From Pelagomonas calceolata (lineage: Eukaryota): 64,000 nucleotides of DNA. The notes under the pieces are model-generated. The model had not been told where the DNA came from. It saw nothing but the letters and a program-made list of their open reading frames with translations, and ran no database searches. Positions 23,155-33,302 of the stretch are shown piece after piece. The translations under genes and the position numbers were made by a program. The DNA is taken from positions 4,464,001-4,528,000 of the forward strand of contig CAKKNE010000003.1 of the NCBI GenBank assembly GCA_918797485.1, in the 5' to 3' direction. How positions within the stretch are numbered: position 1 is the first letter of the stretch; the number at the start of each line of letters is the position of its first letter.

Positions 23155-25308
23155 TTATTTCTCGGTGACCTTATAGCCACGGCACTGGCGGGCCGGTACG
23201 TCGGCGTCCGCGCGCGGCGCCGCGCACGCGCGCACGTCGCCGCGCCGGTTGACGAGCATGCCCGAGAGCGAGCAGTATGTCTTTCGTTGGCGGTGGATTA
23301 AAACGACCGCGTCGGCGCGGCACACGAGCCAGTCCTGGAACCGCCGCGACGCGTCGGGGCCGAGCAAAGCGGCCCAGGCCCGCTCGGCGAAGTGCCCCTC
23401 CTGGACGCTGTCGCCGCGGTCTAGGGTTTTGGCGACGAAGGCCCAGGTCGCCCGCGGCACGGACCGTACGGCGGCGCGGGACGCGGCGAAGGTCCCGCCG
23501 AAGCACACCGGGAGGACCCGCGCGGCGCCGACGGCCGCGAGGTGCCCGGCTTGGGCGGCCGTCGCCGTCGCCGCGCCCGCACCCAACACGGCGGCGAGCC
23601 ACGCCCCGAACGTGGAGTAATCCGGCGACGCGAAGTCCGGCCCCGATTGCCCCGACCAGCGCTTCCGGTAGTACGGGATCGTCCAGTTCCGGAGGTGCGA
23701 CGCGGCGTGCCAGTCCGTCTCGAAGGCCGGCAGGGCGCAGCCCACGCCCCGCGCGGCCGCGACGCGCGCCGCGCTCGCGATCCCGACCGCGCGCCGCCGC
23801 TCGCGGTAGACCGACGTGTCCTTGGCGAAGAGGACTAGGTCCCGCAGGTCGTCGTACCGGTCCCGCATGTGCCGCGCGTAGGTCTCGTCGCACCGGCCCA
23901 CGTTTGGCGCGAGCCTCGTCTCGACGACAACGCCGTCGCGCGTCGTCGCCAGCGCCGCCTTCGCGCCGCCGCACTTGGCGTAGATCGTGACCCGATCGAC
24001 GTCGACGCCCTCTTGCTTCAGCGCCTCGACCTCCTCCGCGAGCCAATCCACATTTTTCGTGCATTTCGCGACGACCAGTTCCGCCCGGACCCGCGTCCCC
24101 GGCGCGAGCTCCGGCGGCGTCGACAGCGGCTGCCACACGGCTTTGGGCGCGGCGAGGCACCCTGCGTCGAACCAGCACGCGCCGCCGCCGCAGGCCGCGC
24201 CTCGCCCGGGCTCGCACCAGCCCGCGTCACGGTGCGGCGCGCCGGCGGTCCGGGCGGCGGTCGCGCGGAGCGTGGGTCCGTAGGGGTTCCCCGCGTCCGC
24301 GGCGCGCGTCCCGCGCGGCGTCGTCGCGAGGGCCGTCCAAGGTTCGCGCGGCCGTCGATGCCGGCCCGGGCGTCCCCTCACGCCGTCGAAGCGCCGCGCG
24401 CCGCGCGCCTCGTCGCAGCGCGGGAACGCGCAGGTGTACCGCCCCCTGTCCGCCTCGCAGTACGGGCTGCGCCCTTCGGCGAAACCGTGCCGGTAGAAGT
24501 GGCGCGCGAGCGCGCCGACCTTGCGGCCGAGCGCAGCGGCGACGTCCGGGTTGCGCACGGCGTAGCACTGCCAATCGCCGGCCGTCGGCGGGACGTAGGG
24601 CGTGGGCTCGCAGCGCGGGAGGTGCTCGAAGCCCGCGTACGGCTCGTGGATGCACGCCGGCCGGCAGAGGCCCCGGACGCGCGCCACTTGTTTGGAAGCG
24701 CCGCAGCGTGCTTGCGGCAGGTCCGCGGCCGCGCCGCGCTCCGGCGCCGCCATGCCCCATTCGAGCTCCGAGCTGCTCCGCGTCAGGTTGCCGCCAGCTT
24801 TTAGTAGGCCGAAGCTCCCCTTGCAACTCATTTCAAGCGAGCCCCGGACCGACGCGTACGCGAAGTCGACGAGCGACACGCGGCCGGCTGCCACGGTGAA
24901 GTCCGTCCGCTCCCGCTTGCGGAGGTCGTTATGGCGGACGCCCGCGGCGTGCAGCTCGTCGAGGATGCGCCGCATTTGCGCGTCGTAGGACTCGGTCCGC
25001 TCGCACATCTCCTTGCCCCGCCACTCCGTCAGGATGTAGTCGTCGCCGGTGCAAAACCATCGCGGCGCCCAATCGAAACGCTGCAGCTTCTGCAAGACGC
25101 ACGTCTCGCGCTCGAGGAGCGAGTCCCGCCGTGTCAGCACATGCTTCAACACGTACCGCTCGTCCGCATGTATGACCGCCGAGGCGCAGGGCGAGTGCGA
25201 CAGCCGCCTCAGATCGAGCGCGGCGACCATCTCCGCGGCGGTCCGGCGGCAGGCCGGGGCCGCTGCGGCCGAAACCAGCAGGACTGCGGCGGCGAGGCAG
25301 CCCCTCAT
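23155..25308 (-). CDS. Secreted fusion of a kinase-like domain, an HFxxHGxxEGR module and a DUF3431-like domain
   Basis: Signal peptide; YVLK, GVRHNDL and LVDFAYA; ELVVAKC...NVGRCDETYARHMRDRYDDL...GHFAERAW. Confidence 0.7.
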   Translation of the reverse strand: MRGCLAAAVLLVSAAAAPACRRTAAEMVAALDLRRLSHSPCASAVIHADERYVLKHVLTRRDSLLERETCVLQKLQRFDWAPRWFCTGDDYILTEWRGKEMCERTESYDAQMRRILDELHAAGVRHNDLRKRERTDFTVAAGRVSLVDFAYASVRGSLEMSCKGSFGLLKAGGNLTRSSSELEWGMAAPERGAAADLPQARCGASKQVARVRGLCRPACIHEPYAGFEHLPRCEPTPYVPPTAGDWQCYAVRNPDVAAALGRKVGALARHFYRHGFAEGRSPYCEADRGRYTCAFPRCDEARGARRFDGVRGRPGRHRRPREPWTALATTPRGTRAADAGNPYGPTLRATAARTAGAPHRDAGWCEPGRGAACGGGACWFDAGCLAAPKAVWQPLSTPPELAPGTRVRAELVVAKCTKNVDWLAEEVEALKQEGVDVDRVTIYAKCGGAKAALATTRDGVVVETRLAPNVGRCDETYARHMRDRYDDLRDLVLFAKDTSVYRERRRAVGIASAARVAAARGVGCALPAFETDWHAASHLRNWTIPYYRKRWSGQSGPDFASPDYSTFGAWLAAVLGAGAATATAAQAGHLAAVGAARVLPVCFGGTFAASRAAVRSVPRATWAFVAKTLDRGDSVQEGHFAERAWAALLGPDASRRFQDWLVCRADAVVLIHRQRKTYCSLSGMLVNRRGDVRACAAPRADADVPARQCRGYKVTEK

Positions 25309-25668
25309 CCAGTGCAGCCCCGCATCCGTCTGTTTTTTGCGCTGTGCTACCCCGTCTTGGTCTTGCACAAGTACGGTACGGGTTTTTACCCCCCCCCTCG
25401 CCCACTAGCTAGCGGTTGCGAAAACGAGACTTGCTGCCCCTCACAGCCTCAGGAGGACGCCAACGGGAAGCTTGCGCGATCTTGGTCGGAGGGCGGTTCT
25501 GCCGTTCCCCCGTCGGCCGCGTGCCTATTCACCCATTGCTGCACTCAACGACTGACAGAAACCTCGGGACTGTGACTAATAGAGACGTGAGTCGACGTTC
25601 GTCATGGCGCTATGAAGCAAACTCTATATCAGAACCCGACTACTGACCAGTACGATGAGGGCCACAAG

Positions 25669-25706
25669 TACCTACGGTACCGTAGGTACCTACGGTACCG
25701 TACCTA
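25669..25706. repeat. Stack of TA-filler-TA units (probable Tc1/mariner excision footprints)
   Basis: TA cc TA cgg TA ccg TA gg TA cc TA cgg TA ccg TA cc TA. Confidence 0.7.
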
Positions 25707-25868
25707 TGTGGGAACCCCCTCAACCCTGAGAAGACAGAGTTGGAATAAAGGAGATTAAGAGGGAGAAGGAAGTATCCTAAGATACAGGCCACTAGCCTCT
25801 GATATCTACTAGAACCTGAGAGGAGCTCTAGATAAAGGTAACTACAGTATCATAGCACAATCGCTGTA
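25707..25868 (+). mobile_element. LTR-like repeat family B (probable solo LTR)
   Basis: About 162 bp, TGTGGG...GCTGTA, nearly identical to 31090-31255. Flanks accta/acgta match at 4/5. Confidence 0.7.
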
Positions 25869-26075
25869 ACGTAACCGTATAGGTACCCAGAATCTGACCG
25901 CAGTACCGTAGCTCGGGAGTGCTGGGCCCGGCAGCGCACCGGAATTCATACGAAGCCGGCTCTGAATGGCCACACCCGCGACCGAAACACAGACGCAGAT
26001 AGCTCAACGGATCAGACCCGTTAGGGCCAATACTCTTGAAAATCAGTCGCGGGGCAGCCGTGGGACAGCTTTCAG

Positions 26076-28492
26076 ATGCCGCTAAGACGTGCGGTAGTTT
26101 CGCTCCTGGCGCTGGCCGCGCGCGCAGCGGGCGCGCGAGGCCCCGCCGCGCGCGGCGCCGCTACGTGCTACGCGAAGCGCTACCCCGACCTGAAGCGCAA
26201 GTTCTGCAACGCCGACGGCGCGTGCCACCTGCGCCAGGCGAAGGCGCACTTCCGGGAGCACGGCCGGCGCGAGGGGCGGCGGTTCGGGTGCGACGACGAA
26301 ATGAACGGGACCGCGCCGGCGCGCGTCGTCGACGGCATCGACGAGGCCCGGTGGTGCGCGCGCCACGCGACGCTGCCCCGGGGCGGCTTGACTCAGCGTG
26401 AAAGCTTCAATGACCCTCCTTACGCCATCGACGCGCGTCGTCTCCATCAGACGAGGTCGTGGGTGGCCTATCTTTCGATTTTGAGCCGTTTCGGACCACG
26501 TCGGGGCCGTCGCGGCGTGTCAGAGAGAGCGCCGTCGCTGCAATGGCGTGAGGTTGCTCGCACCGACGCGGTCGCCGCGACGGCGTCGGCGCGATGCCGC
26601 ATGAGAGTCACGCGCCTTGTGAGTGAACGGAGGCAGTGTCGCGACCGCGTCCGTCGCACGCAGGCTTCTGCCCCAAGGCCGGGTATGCCGGCCTGGACCG
26701 GGGCCTGGCACCGGCGCTCGCGGAGTACTTCGTGGCGCGCCGCCGCGGGGCGCGGCCGGCGACGGTTGGCGACTTCGGCGCCGGCCGCGGCTGGTACAGT
26801 GCGTACCTCAACAAAGTAGAGGGCCTCGCGGCGGCGCCGTACGACTACGGCGCGCGCCCCGGGACGGCCGTTCGGCCGTTTGACATCAGCCGGCCGCTCA
26901 ACGGGACGGTCCCCGTCTTCGACGCCGTGCTGTGCCTCGAGGTGGGCGAGCACGTGCCGGCCCGGTTCGAAGACGTGATCTTCGACAACATCGCGACCCA
27001 CGCGCACGACGCGGTCGTGCTCTCGTGGGCGGCGCCGGGGCAACCGGGCCTCGGCCACGTCAACACGCTCCCGGAGGCGCGCGTCGTCGCGCAGATGGCG
27101 GCGCGCGGCTGGGCCCGGGACAAGCGCGCGTCCGCGCGGCTGCGCGCGGCGGCGTCGTTCCCCCACTTCCGGGCGCACGTCCTTGCCTTCTCGCGCGCGC
27201 CGTGGCCCCCGGAGCCCCGGGGTAAACCCCGGGGCTGCCCGGCGCCTGCGTCCCCGCATTCGGTCGTCGTGCTCGCGCGCGTGCTCTACGAGCAGCCGTT
27301 CCTCGCCGGATTCGTGGACTGGTACGCGGCGCGCGGCGTCGAGTGCGTGCTGCTCGTGCGCGACGGCCTCGACGACGCGGGCGACGTGGCGGCCCTGCCG
27401 CCGGTCGCCGTCCAGCGGGCGGCCTCGCGCGGCGTCCACGCGGGCGCCATCATCCAGGCGACCCTCGCGGACGTGCGCGCCACGGGCTACGCGTGGATGC
27501 TCGTCGCCGACGCGGACGAGTACCTCGCGCTGCACCCGCGGTTCGACCGGTCGCTCCCGCGGTTCATCGAGATGCAGGCGGCGCGGGTCCCGCACCTCGC
27601 CGCGATTCAATTCAGCTGGGCCGCGGCCGAAGCTTTGGGCGCGGCCTGCCCGGCGCGCGCGCCGTTCGACGCGTTTTTCGCGAACGCGCACGTGAAGACG
27701 CTCGCGCGCGTGGACCGCGTGGACCGCTGGAACAACCCGCACGCGCCCGTGCTGCGACTGCGTGAAGCCGACTGCCCCGGCCTCCCGCGGGAGTGCCCCG
27801 TGGTCCTGAGCGGCGGCCGCGCCGTCGCCGCGACCCGCGGACGCCGGCGGGGCTCGGCCGCGGAGTACGGGCTCCCCTTCTTTACGGCCGCCCCCCCGCG
27901 CGCGACCGGCTGCACCTCGCTCGCGTGCCCGGCCGCGTCCGGGCCGGAGCCGGGGCCCGCCCCGGCGGCCGCGTACAGCGACGCCGCGCTCGCGCACGTC
28001 CACGTCCGGAGCACGACGAACGTGCTCGTCAAGGCGTGCGGAGCCGCGCCGGACCGGACGCAGCGGCGCCGGACCGTGGCGAACGCCACCGGGCTCCGGG
28101 CCGCGGCTCTCGCGCGCGGGCCGCTCGACCTGGGGAAGTTCGTGCGGGACGCGGGCCTCAAGGGACGTCAGATGCTGGGCGAGCACGGCTGCCTCCCCGC
28201 AATCTTGGCGTCGCAGGGGTGCACCGGCGACGTGCGCGCGCCCGTCGACCTCGCCCACCTCGATTGGGGCCCCGGCGGGTGGACCTTCTGCGACGCGGCG
28301 CGCGAGCGCGCCATCGCCGAGGGCGTCGTCGCTCGCTGCCTGGGCGTCGCCGCGGACGCCGTGCCGCGCCTCGCCGGGGCCGTTGCGGCGGCAGTGCGCG
28401 AGGCCACGCGACCACCAGCACCGACTCGGACGGCGGGGAAGGCGAAGACGGGATTCTGGCCGAACTTGCTCGGACTCGGACTCATAACTTGA
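26076..28492 (+). CDS. Secreted fusion of an HFxxHGxxEGR module, a class I SAM methyltransferase and a GT2/GT92-like glycosyltransferase; tentative intron 26488-26663
   Basis: VGDFGAGRGWY and CLEVGEHVP...SWAAPGQPGLGHVN; EQPFLAGFVDWY...WMLVADADEYL. Confidence 0.7.
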
Positions 28493-29061
28493 ACATTGTG
28501 GTGGTATCCTTGGGTGTCGGCCCGCGGTCTCTACCGCGGTGACGGCGCGGTCGACTTCTAGTTTGAAGTTTTAATCCGTGTGCCTGGCGTAGATGCCTGG
28601 CGATGAGTCAGTTCGGCAATGAGCCAGTCCGGGGAGGTACCGTCCCGGGGCGCGGCGGCCAAGGTGAGAGAGAGAGAGTCGCTTATTAACCCACCCCCAG
28701 GTAGTACGGACCCCGAACGCTTCGCCACCGTGTCTATTGGGATTGGCGATAGGGTGTTGTTTCACCCTGCCCCCCGAGAACCCAGACACAAATGGTGTGA
28801 GGTTTCGCTCCGAACAGCTTGCGACGTGCCTTGGCCTGTTCGATGGTGTCGCTAGCGGCCCGTAAGACACTAGGCACCCTAGGACGCAGTGCCGCAGCAC
28901 GGCTCGCGTGTAGAAGTACCTTCTCATAAGTTCCCATAGGGAGCACTTGTGGCTTGATCTCTGCACATCAGCAACTGCTGAAACAAAGGCCAATGCCGGA
29001 CACACCAAGAGAGACGAGGCATGCGGCTACAGGCTAGGCTGCAAAAACTAGAGGGCATCGG

Positions 29062-30300
29062 ATGCGCACTCGTGCCGCGGTGCTGCTCGGCGTCGCCCAC
29101 GCCTGGCATCCGGCCGTCCAGGGCGCCTGCACGCGTCAACGCCGGAGCCGCGACGCCGTCGTCTGGCTCGGCCAGCGAAAGCACTCGTCCTACGACGCGA
29201 GCCACGGCAACACGTTGAACGCGTCGCTCGCGTCCGTCGTCACCCACTACCGAGCGATCCGCGCGGCGGACGTGCTGATCTGGCACGAGGGCGATTTGAG
29301 TCGCTCGGACGTGGACTCCCCGTCCGAAGTGAACGTGCGGTTCTGCCGGCTCGCACCGCGCACGGGCTGGGGCCGCGGCCGGGGTCAGGATCGGATCCGG
29401 CCGCGAGAAACGCGCTGGTCCGAGGGCTACATGAGGATGATCCGGTTCTACGCCGTGACGGGCTGGGACACGCTCCGGCACCTGGGCTACGAGTGGTGGA
29501 TGCGCATGGACGACGACTCGTTTTTTCTCTCCAACATCGATTACAACGTCTTTGACGCGATGCGGGGCGGCGGGTACGTCTACGGGTTCCGCGCGCTGTC
29601 GCGCGAGTGCGACCGCATGTTCGGGGCCTTCGTGGACGTGTACCGGGAGGACCACGGCCTCCCGCCGTTGCTGGACGACGGGACGATCTTCTGCGAGCGG
29701 GTCCCGAAGCACTGTTCGCGCGACGGCCGGCCGCTGCGGCGCCAGACGCGCCGCGCCGCGTCGCGCCGACGCGGAGCGCGACCTGAGATTCGATGGCCGC
29801 GCAGGTTCCGCGCGCGGCCCTACTGCGAGGGCCCCGGCCGCGTCGGCTTCTACAACAACTGGTTCGTGTCTTCGATCGAGTGGTGGACCTCGGAGCCGGT
29901 CTCGAAATTTCGGCGGGCCTTCGACGCGTCGGCCTTAATCTTTAGCCACCGGCACAACGACCTCATCTTTCAGAGCGCCGCCGTGCGGCTGTTGTTAGCT
30001 CGCGAGAGGTGGCGGCGGTTCGCCGACTTTTCGTACCAGCACCACACGGTACGCGACGGCAGGGTCACGTGGGGCGGCCTGGAGACGGGCTACGACGACC
30101 CCGACGCCAAGCGGACGGTGACGGACTACCTTAGGCGGTGGCACGCGCACAACCCCGTCTCGTCCAAGAAATGCCGCGTGCAGCTGACGCGGAACGACTC
30201 CCGCTTCTACGACGTCGCCTACGTGCCGCACGGGCGGACGCGGTGGGGGGTCCCCGCGGCGCCCTACTGCCCGAAGGCGGGCCGGGCGCCGCTCTGGTAA
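29062..30300 (+). CDS. GT15 (KRE2/MNT1-like) alpha-1,2-mannosyltransferase; probable in-frame intron ~29697-29804
   Basis: GYMRMIRFYA, WWMRMDDDSF, YVYGFR, FYNNWFV and HRHNDLIFQS motifs. Confidence 0.85.
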   Translation: MRTRAAVLLGVAHAWHPAVQGACTRQRRSRDAVVWLGQRKHSSYDASHGNTLNASLASVVTHYRAIRAADVLIWHEGDLSRSDVDSPSEVNVRFCRLAPRTGWGRGRGQDRIRPRETRWSEGYMRMIRFYAVTGWDTLRHLGYEWWMRMDDDSFFLSNIDYNVFDAMRGGGYVYGFRALSRECDRMFGAFVDVYREDHGLPPLLDDGTIFCERVPKHCSRDGRPLRRQTRRAASRRRGARPEIRWPRRFRARPYCEGPGRVGFYNNWFVSSIEWWTSEPVSKFRRAFDASALIFSHRHNDLIFQSAAVRLLLARERWRRFADFSYQHHTVRDGRVTWGGLETGYDDPDAKRTVTDYLRRWHAHNPVSSKKCRVQLTRNDSRFYDVAYVPHGRTRWGVPAAPYCPKAGRAPLW

Positions 30301-30571
30301 GAGTGTAGCCGCCCCGGCCTGCGTCGAGGCGTCGCAGCGGGGCTGCTCTCGCCTCTACGCCACCGCTGGCACACAGTTCTCAGTGTCGCGTCGACGGCCG
30401 CACAGCAAGGCGACATGTCCAGGCGCGTGGCCTAGAAATCGTCGGGCATGCGAACTTGAAGTCAAGGTGGATAGTCTTACACCGGATTTGGAGCTCCGAG
30501 TCCAGTCACGGTCACTGTAGGTACCTAGTGCATCCGAGTCTCGCGACCGAGCAAGTGTAGTAGTAGCCTGA

Positions 30572-31288
30572 GTATACTAGTAGACTCAAATTTAGAGAGT
30601 CACTGAGTGGGAGATACATATCTCAGGCTACTAGTAGGGTAGGAACTTGAAGGGCTAGAGGATTTCTCTCTCTCTAGTACCGTAGTTTATAATACAACAC
30701 TCTCGGCGTAGTGGGTTTGGCCCAGTCTCTGACTGGTTTGCTTGCCACTTCTAGGCTGCATTCACTGTAACTTGAAACTTAGGCCCGACTCGTCACTTGT
30801 ACTATAAGGTTCATACGTAAAGGTCCATGTGCTGTCAGTTGGATAAGCTTGGAGATTACATGCGACGCCTGTATCATGTATAAGGCGTGCTAGGCTGTCA
30901 AATGACTCATTGGCTCTTTCAGCAAGCATGGATTCTCTGTCCCGTAGCTTCGGTATGTGCTGGTGTCTAATGAGCTCAGGCTGGGCCCGGGTGCAGCAAG
31001 TGCACAATGCAGCTGTGGTAGCTAGGTCTCTCGGGTGTCAATGTGACACGGAGATGCCAACAGGAAGGACTCTCACTGAAACGTGAGAGTGTGGGAACCC
31101 CCTCAACCCTGAGAAGACAGAGTTGGAATAAAGGAGATTAAGAGGGAGGGAGAAGGAAGTATCCTAAGATACAGGCCACTAGCCTCTGATATCTACTAGA
31201 ACCTGAGAGGAGCTCTAGATAAAGGTAACTACAGCATCCCAGCACAATCGCTGTATACTTTACATAACGCTGCGACATACTCTTGCTA
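30572..31288. mobile_element. Nested LTR debris: inverted family-A LTR head (30572-30676), and a family-A tail (~30690-30759 plus 31256-31288) split by an insert ending in a family-B LTR (31090-31255)
   Basis: Segment-by-segment matches to 15233-15441 and 25707-25868. Confidence 0.8.
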
Positions 31289-31355
31289 GTACCGACGGCA
31301 CCTCGAGGCAGCAGGAGGCACGCGGGAGACCGCTCAGCCTAAGTAATCGAGGCCC

Positions 31356-33209
31356 ATGCGCAGAGGCAACGCGTCAGCGCCGCCACGCGTCTCGGGACGG
31401 CAAGGGCAACGGGATGCCGACGCCGAGGCCCAGCTGTCCAGGCTGGGCCTGGTCCTGGCGGTGCTCGCCGTGGCCGCGAACGGCTGCGTCCAGCCCGACG
31501 AGTGGTTTCAAAGTGTGGAGATTGCGGCTCGCGACGTGTTCGGCGCCAAGATCTGGACGCCCTGGGAGTTTGGCGGCTCCGCCGCGCTGGGCGACGCGGT
31601 GCACGAGCCGTGCCGGTCCGTGAGCTTTCCCGCTGTGGCAGCGCACGCTCCTCTGTTTCTGCTGCGCCTCTGTGGCGGGTCCATCGCTTGGCCGCGACTC
31701 ATCATGATGATACCGCGGCTCTGGGCCCTCGTCATCAGCATACTGGTGCACGACCGCCTACTCGGAGAGGTGTGGCGCGCGGCGGGCCTCGACGACGAGG
31801 GCGTCCGCGTCGCGAGAGCGCTGCGCCGGACGTCCTGGGCGTGCCTCGTGCTCGAGACGCGGCCCTTCTCGAACGTCTACGAGACGTTCGGCCTGGCGCG
31901 GACCCGGCGTGGAAACTCGCGCTCGCCGACTGGAGGTGGTGCCTCCGCGCCGATGGGCGAGATAACGCGGCGATGACGTGTCGACGTGTCGAGCCGCCGT
32001 CGACGCACGCGAGGACCGTCGGGAAAGTGCGTCGCGGTCACTGGCCGTGTCCGCGCAGGCGCTCTGCGCGCGCCTCGCCGCCGAGGGTCGGAGCGCGGCG
32101 CTGGGCGCCGCGACGGCGGTCGTCTGCTGGTGGCGGTTTGACTTCGCCGCCTTCGCCGCGCCGCTGGGCCTGTACTGCGTTGCGTCTTCGTCCAAGAGTA
32201 CCGCGAAAGCCATCGCGACGGGCCTCGCGACGTTCGCGGCCGGCGCTGGGCTCCTCGTCCTGGGCGACACCCTCTATTTCAACTCGATCGATGGCTCCGT
32301 CGTCGTCGCGCCAGTGTGCAAGTCAACTTTCGCGGCGCCTTCGTGCTGAATCATCGCGCCCACCTCCACGCCGTCGACGCGATACCTGCTCGATGGCGTG
32401 GACGGGGCGGCTCGCTAGCGCTCACGTACCCGACTCACTGGTTGATTTGCACGTAGGTCGCGCCGTGGCGCAACTTCCTCTTCAACGCTTCGACGGAAAA
32501 TTTGCGACGGTTCGGCCTGCACCCGCGCTGGTTCCACTTGGTTGTAAACGCGCCCTTCCTCTACGGGCCGCTCCTGCTCTTTTTGGGAGGCGCTCGCAAA
32601 AGGAGTCCCTTCGGTAAAGCGCTCGACGCCTCCGCGGTCCTGGGCCTCGCGGCGCTCTCGGTGGCGCCACATCAGGAGCCGCGCTTCCTGCTGCCGACGG
32701 CCTGCGCCGTCTTCGCGCGGGCGGCGCCGCGCGTCGCACGATTGAAGTGGAAGCGGAAGTTTTACATGTTTTGGCTGGTATTCCATCTAGCCGTTGCCGG
32801 CTTCTACACCACGATCCACCAGGCTGGCCTCGTGCCGCTGCTCCGGCGCGTCGGCGCGGCGCGCGGCGCCTGCGACCACGTCGCGTTCGTGGGCACCTAT
32901 TTGCCGCCTTATTCGGTGGCGGGGCCGCGCGCCGGCGCGGAGCTGTTCCTGCACGACTTCGAGAACGACGCCGCGGGCCTCGGCCGGCGCGTCGCGGCCC
33001 TGAAGCGCGAGCTCGACGGCGGCGCCTACGGACGGTGCGCGTCGCGGCGTTTGTACGTCGCGGTGGCGGCGCCCGCGCTGCCGGCGGCGCGCGCCGCGTT
33101 TCCCCGGCTGGGCGCCGCGGTCGCTTCGTTCGCACCCCACTTCTCGGGCGAGCTCCCGCCGGCGTCGTTCTCCCAGCTCGTGCTGGGGCTCTACGAGGCG
33201 CGCTTCTGA
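31356..33209 (+). CDS. PIGZ: GPI mannosyltransferase 4 (PIG-Z/Smp3); introns 31896-32058 (GC-AG) and 32305-32456
   Basis: QPDEWFQSVE, PWEF, TRPFSNVYET, PWRNFLFN...GLHPRWFHLVVN, PHQEPRFLLP and HQAGLVP motifs. Confidence 0.88.
32312..32456. mobile_element. Internally deleted introner
   Basis: gtcgcgc(c) duplicated on both sides; cagtgtgcaagtcaa...ctggttgatttgcacgtag; shares the core gctgaatcatcgcg...cctgctcgatggcgtgg. Confidence 0.9.
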
Positions 33210-33302
33210 GGTTTTTGTGAATGTAGAGGAAACTACACTAACTGTTACTCCTAGTACTACTAGTAGTCTACTAGTAGTAGTACTTCTAGTATTTATAACG
33301 AG

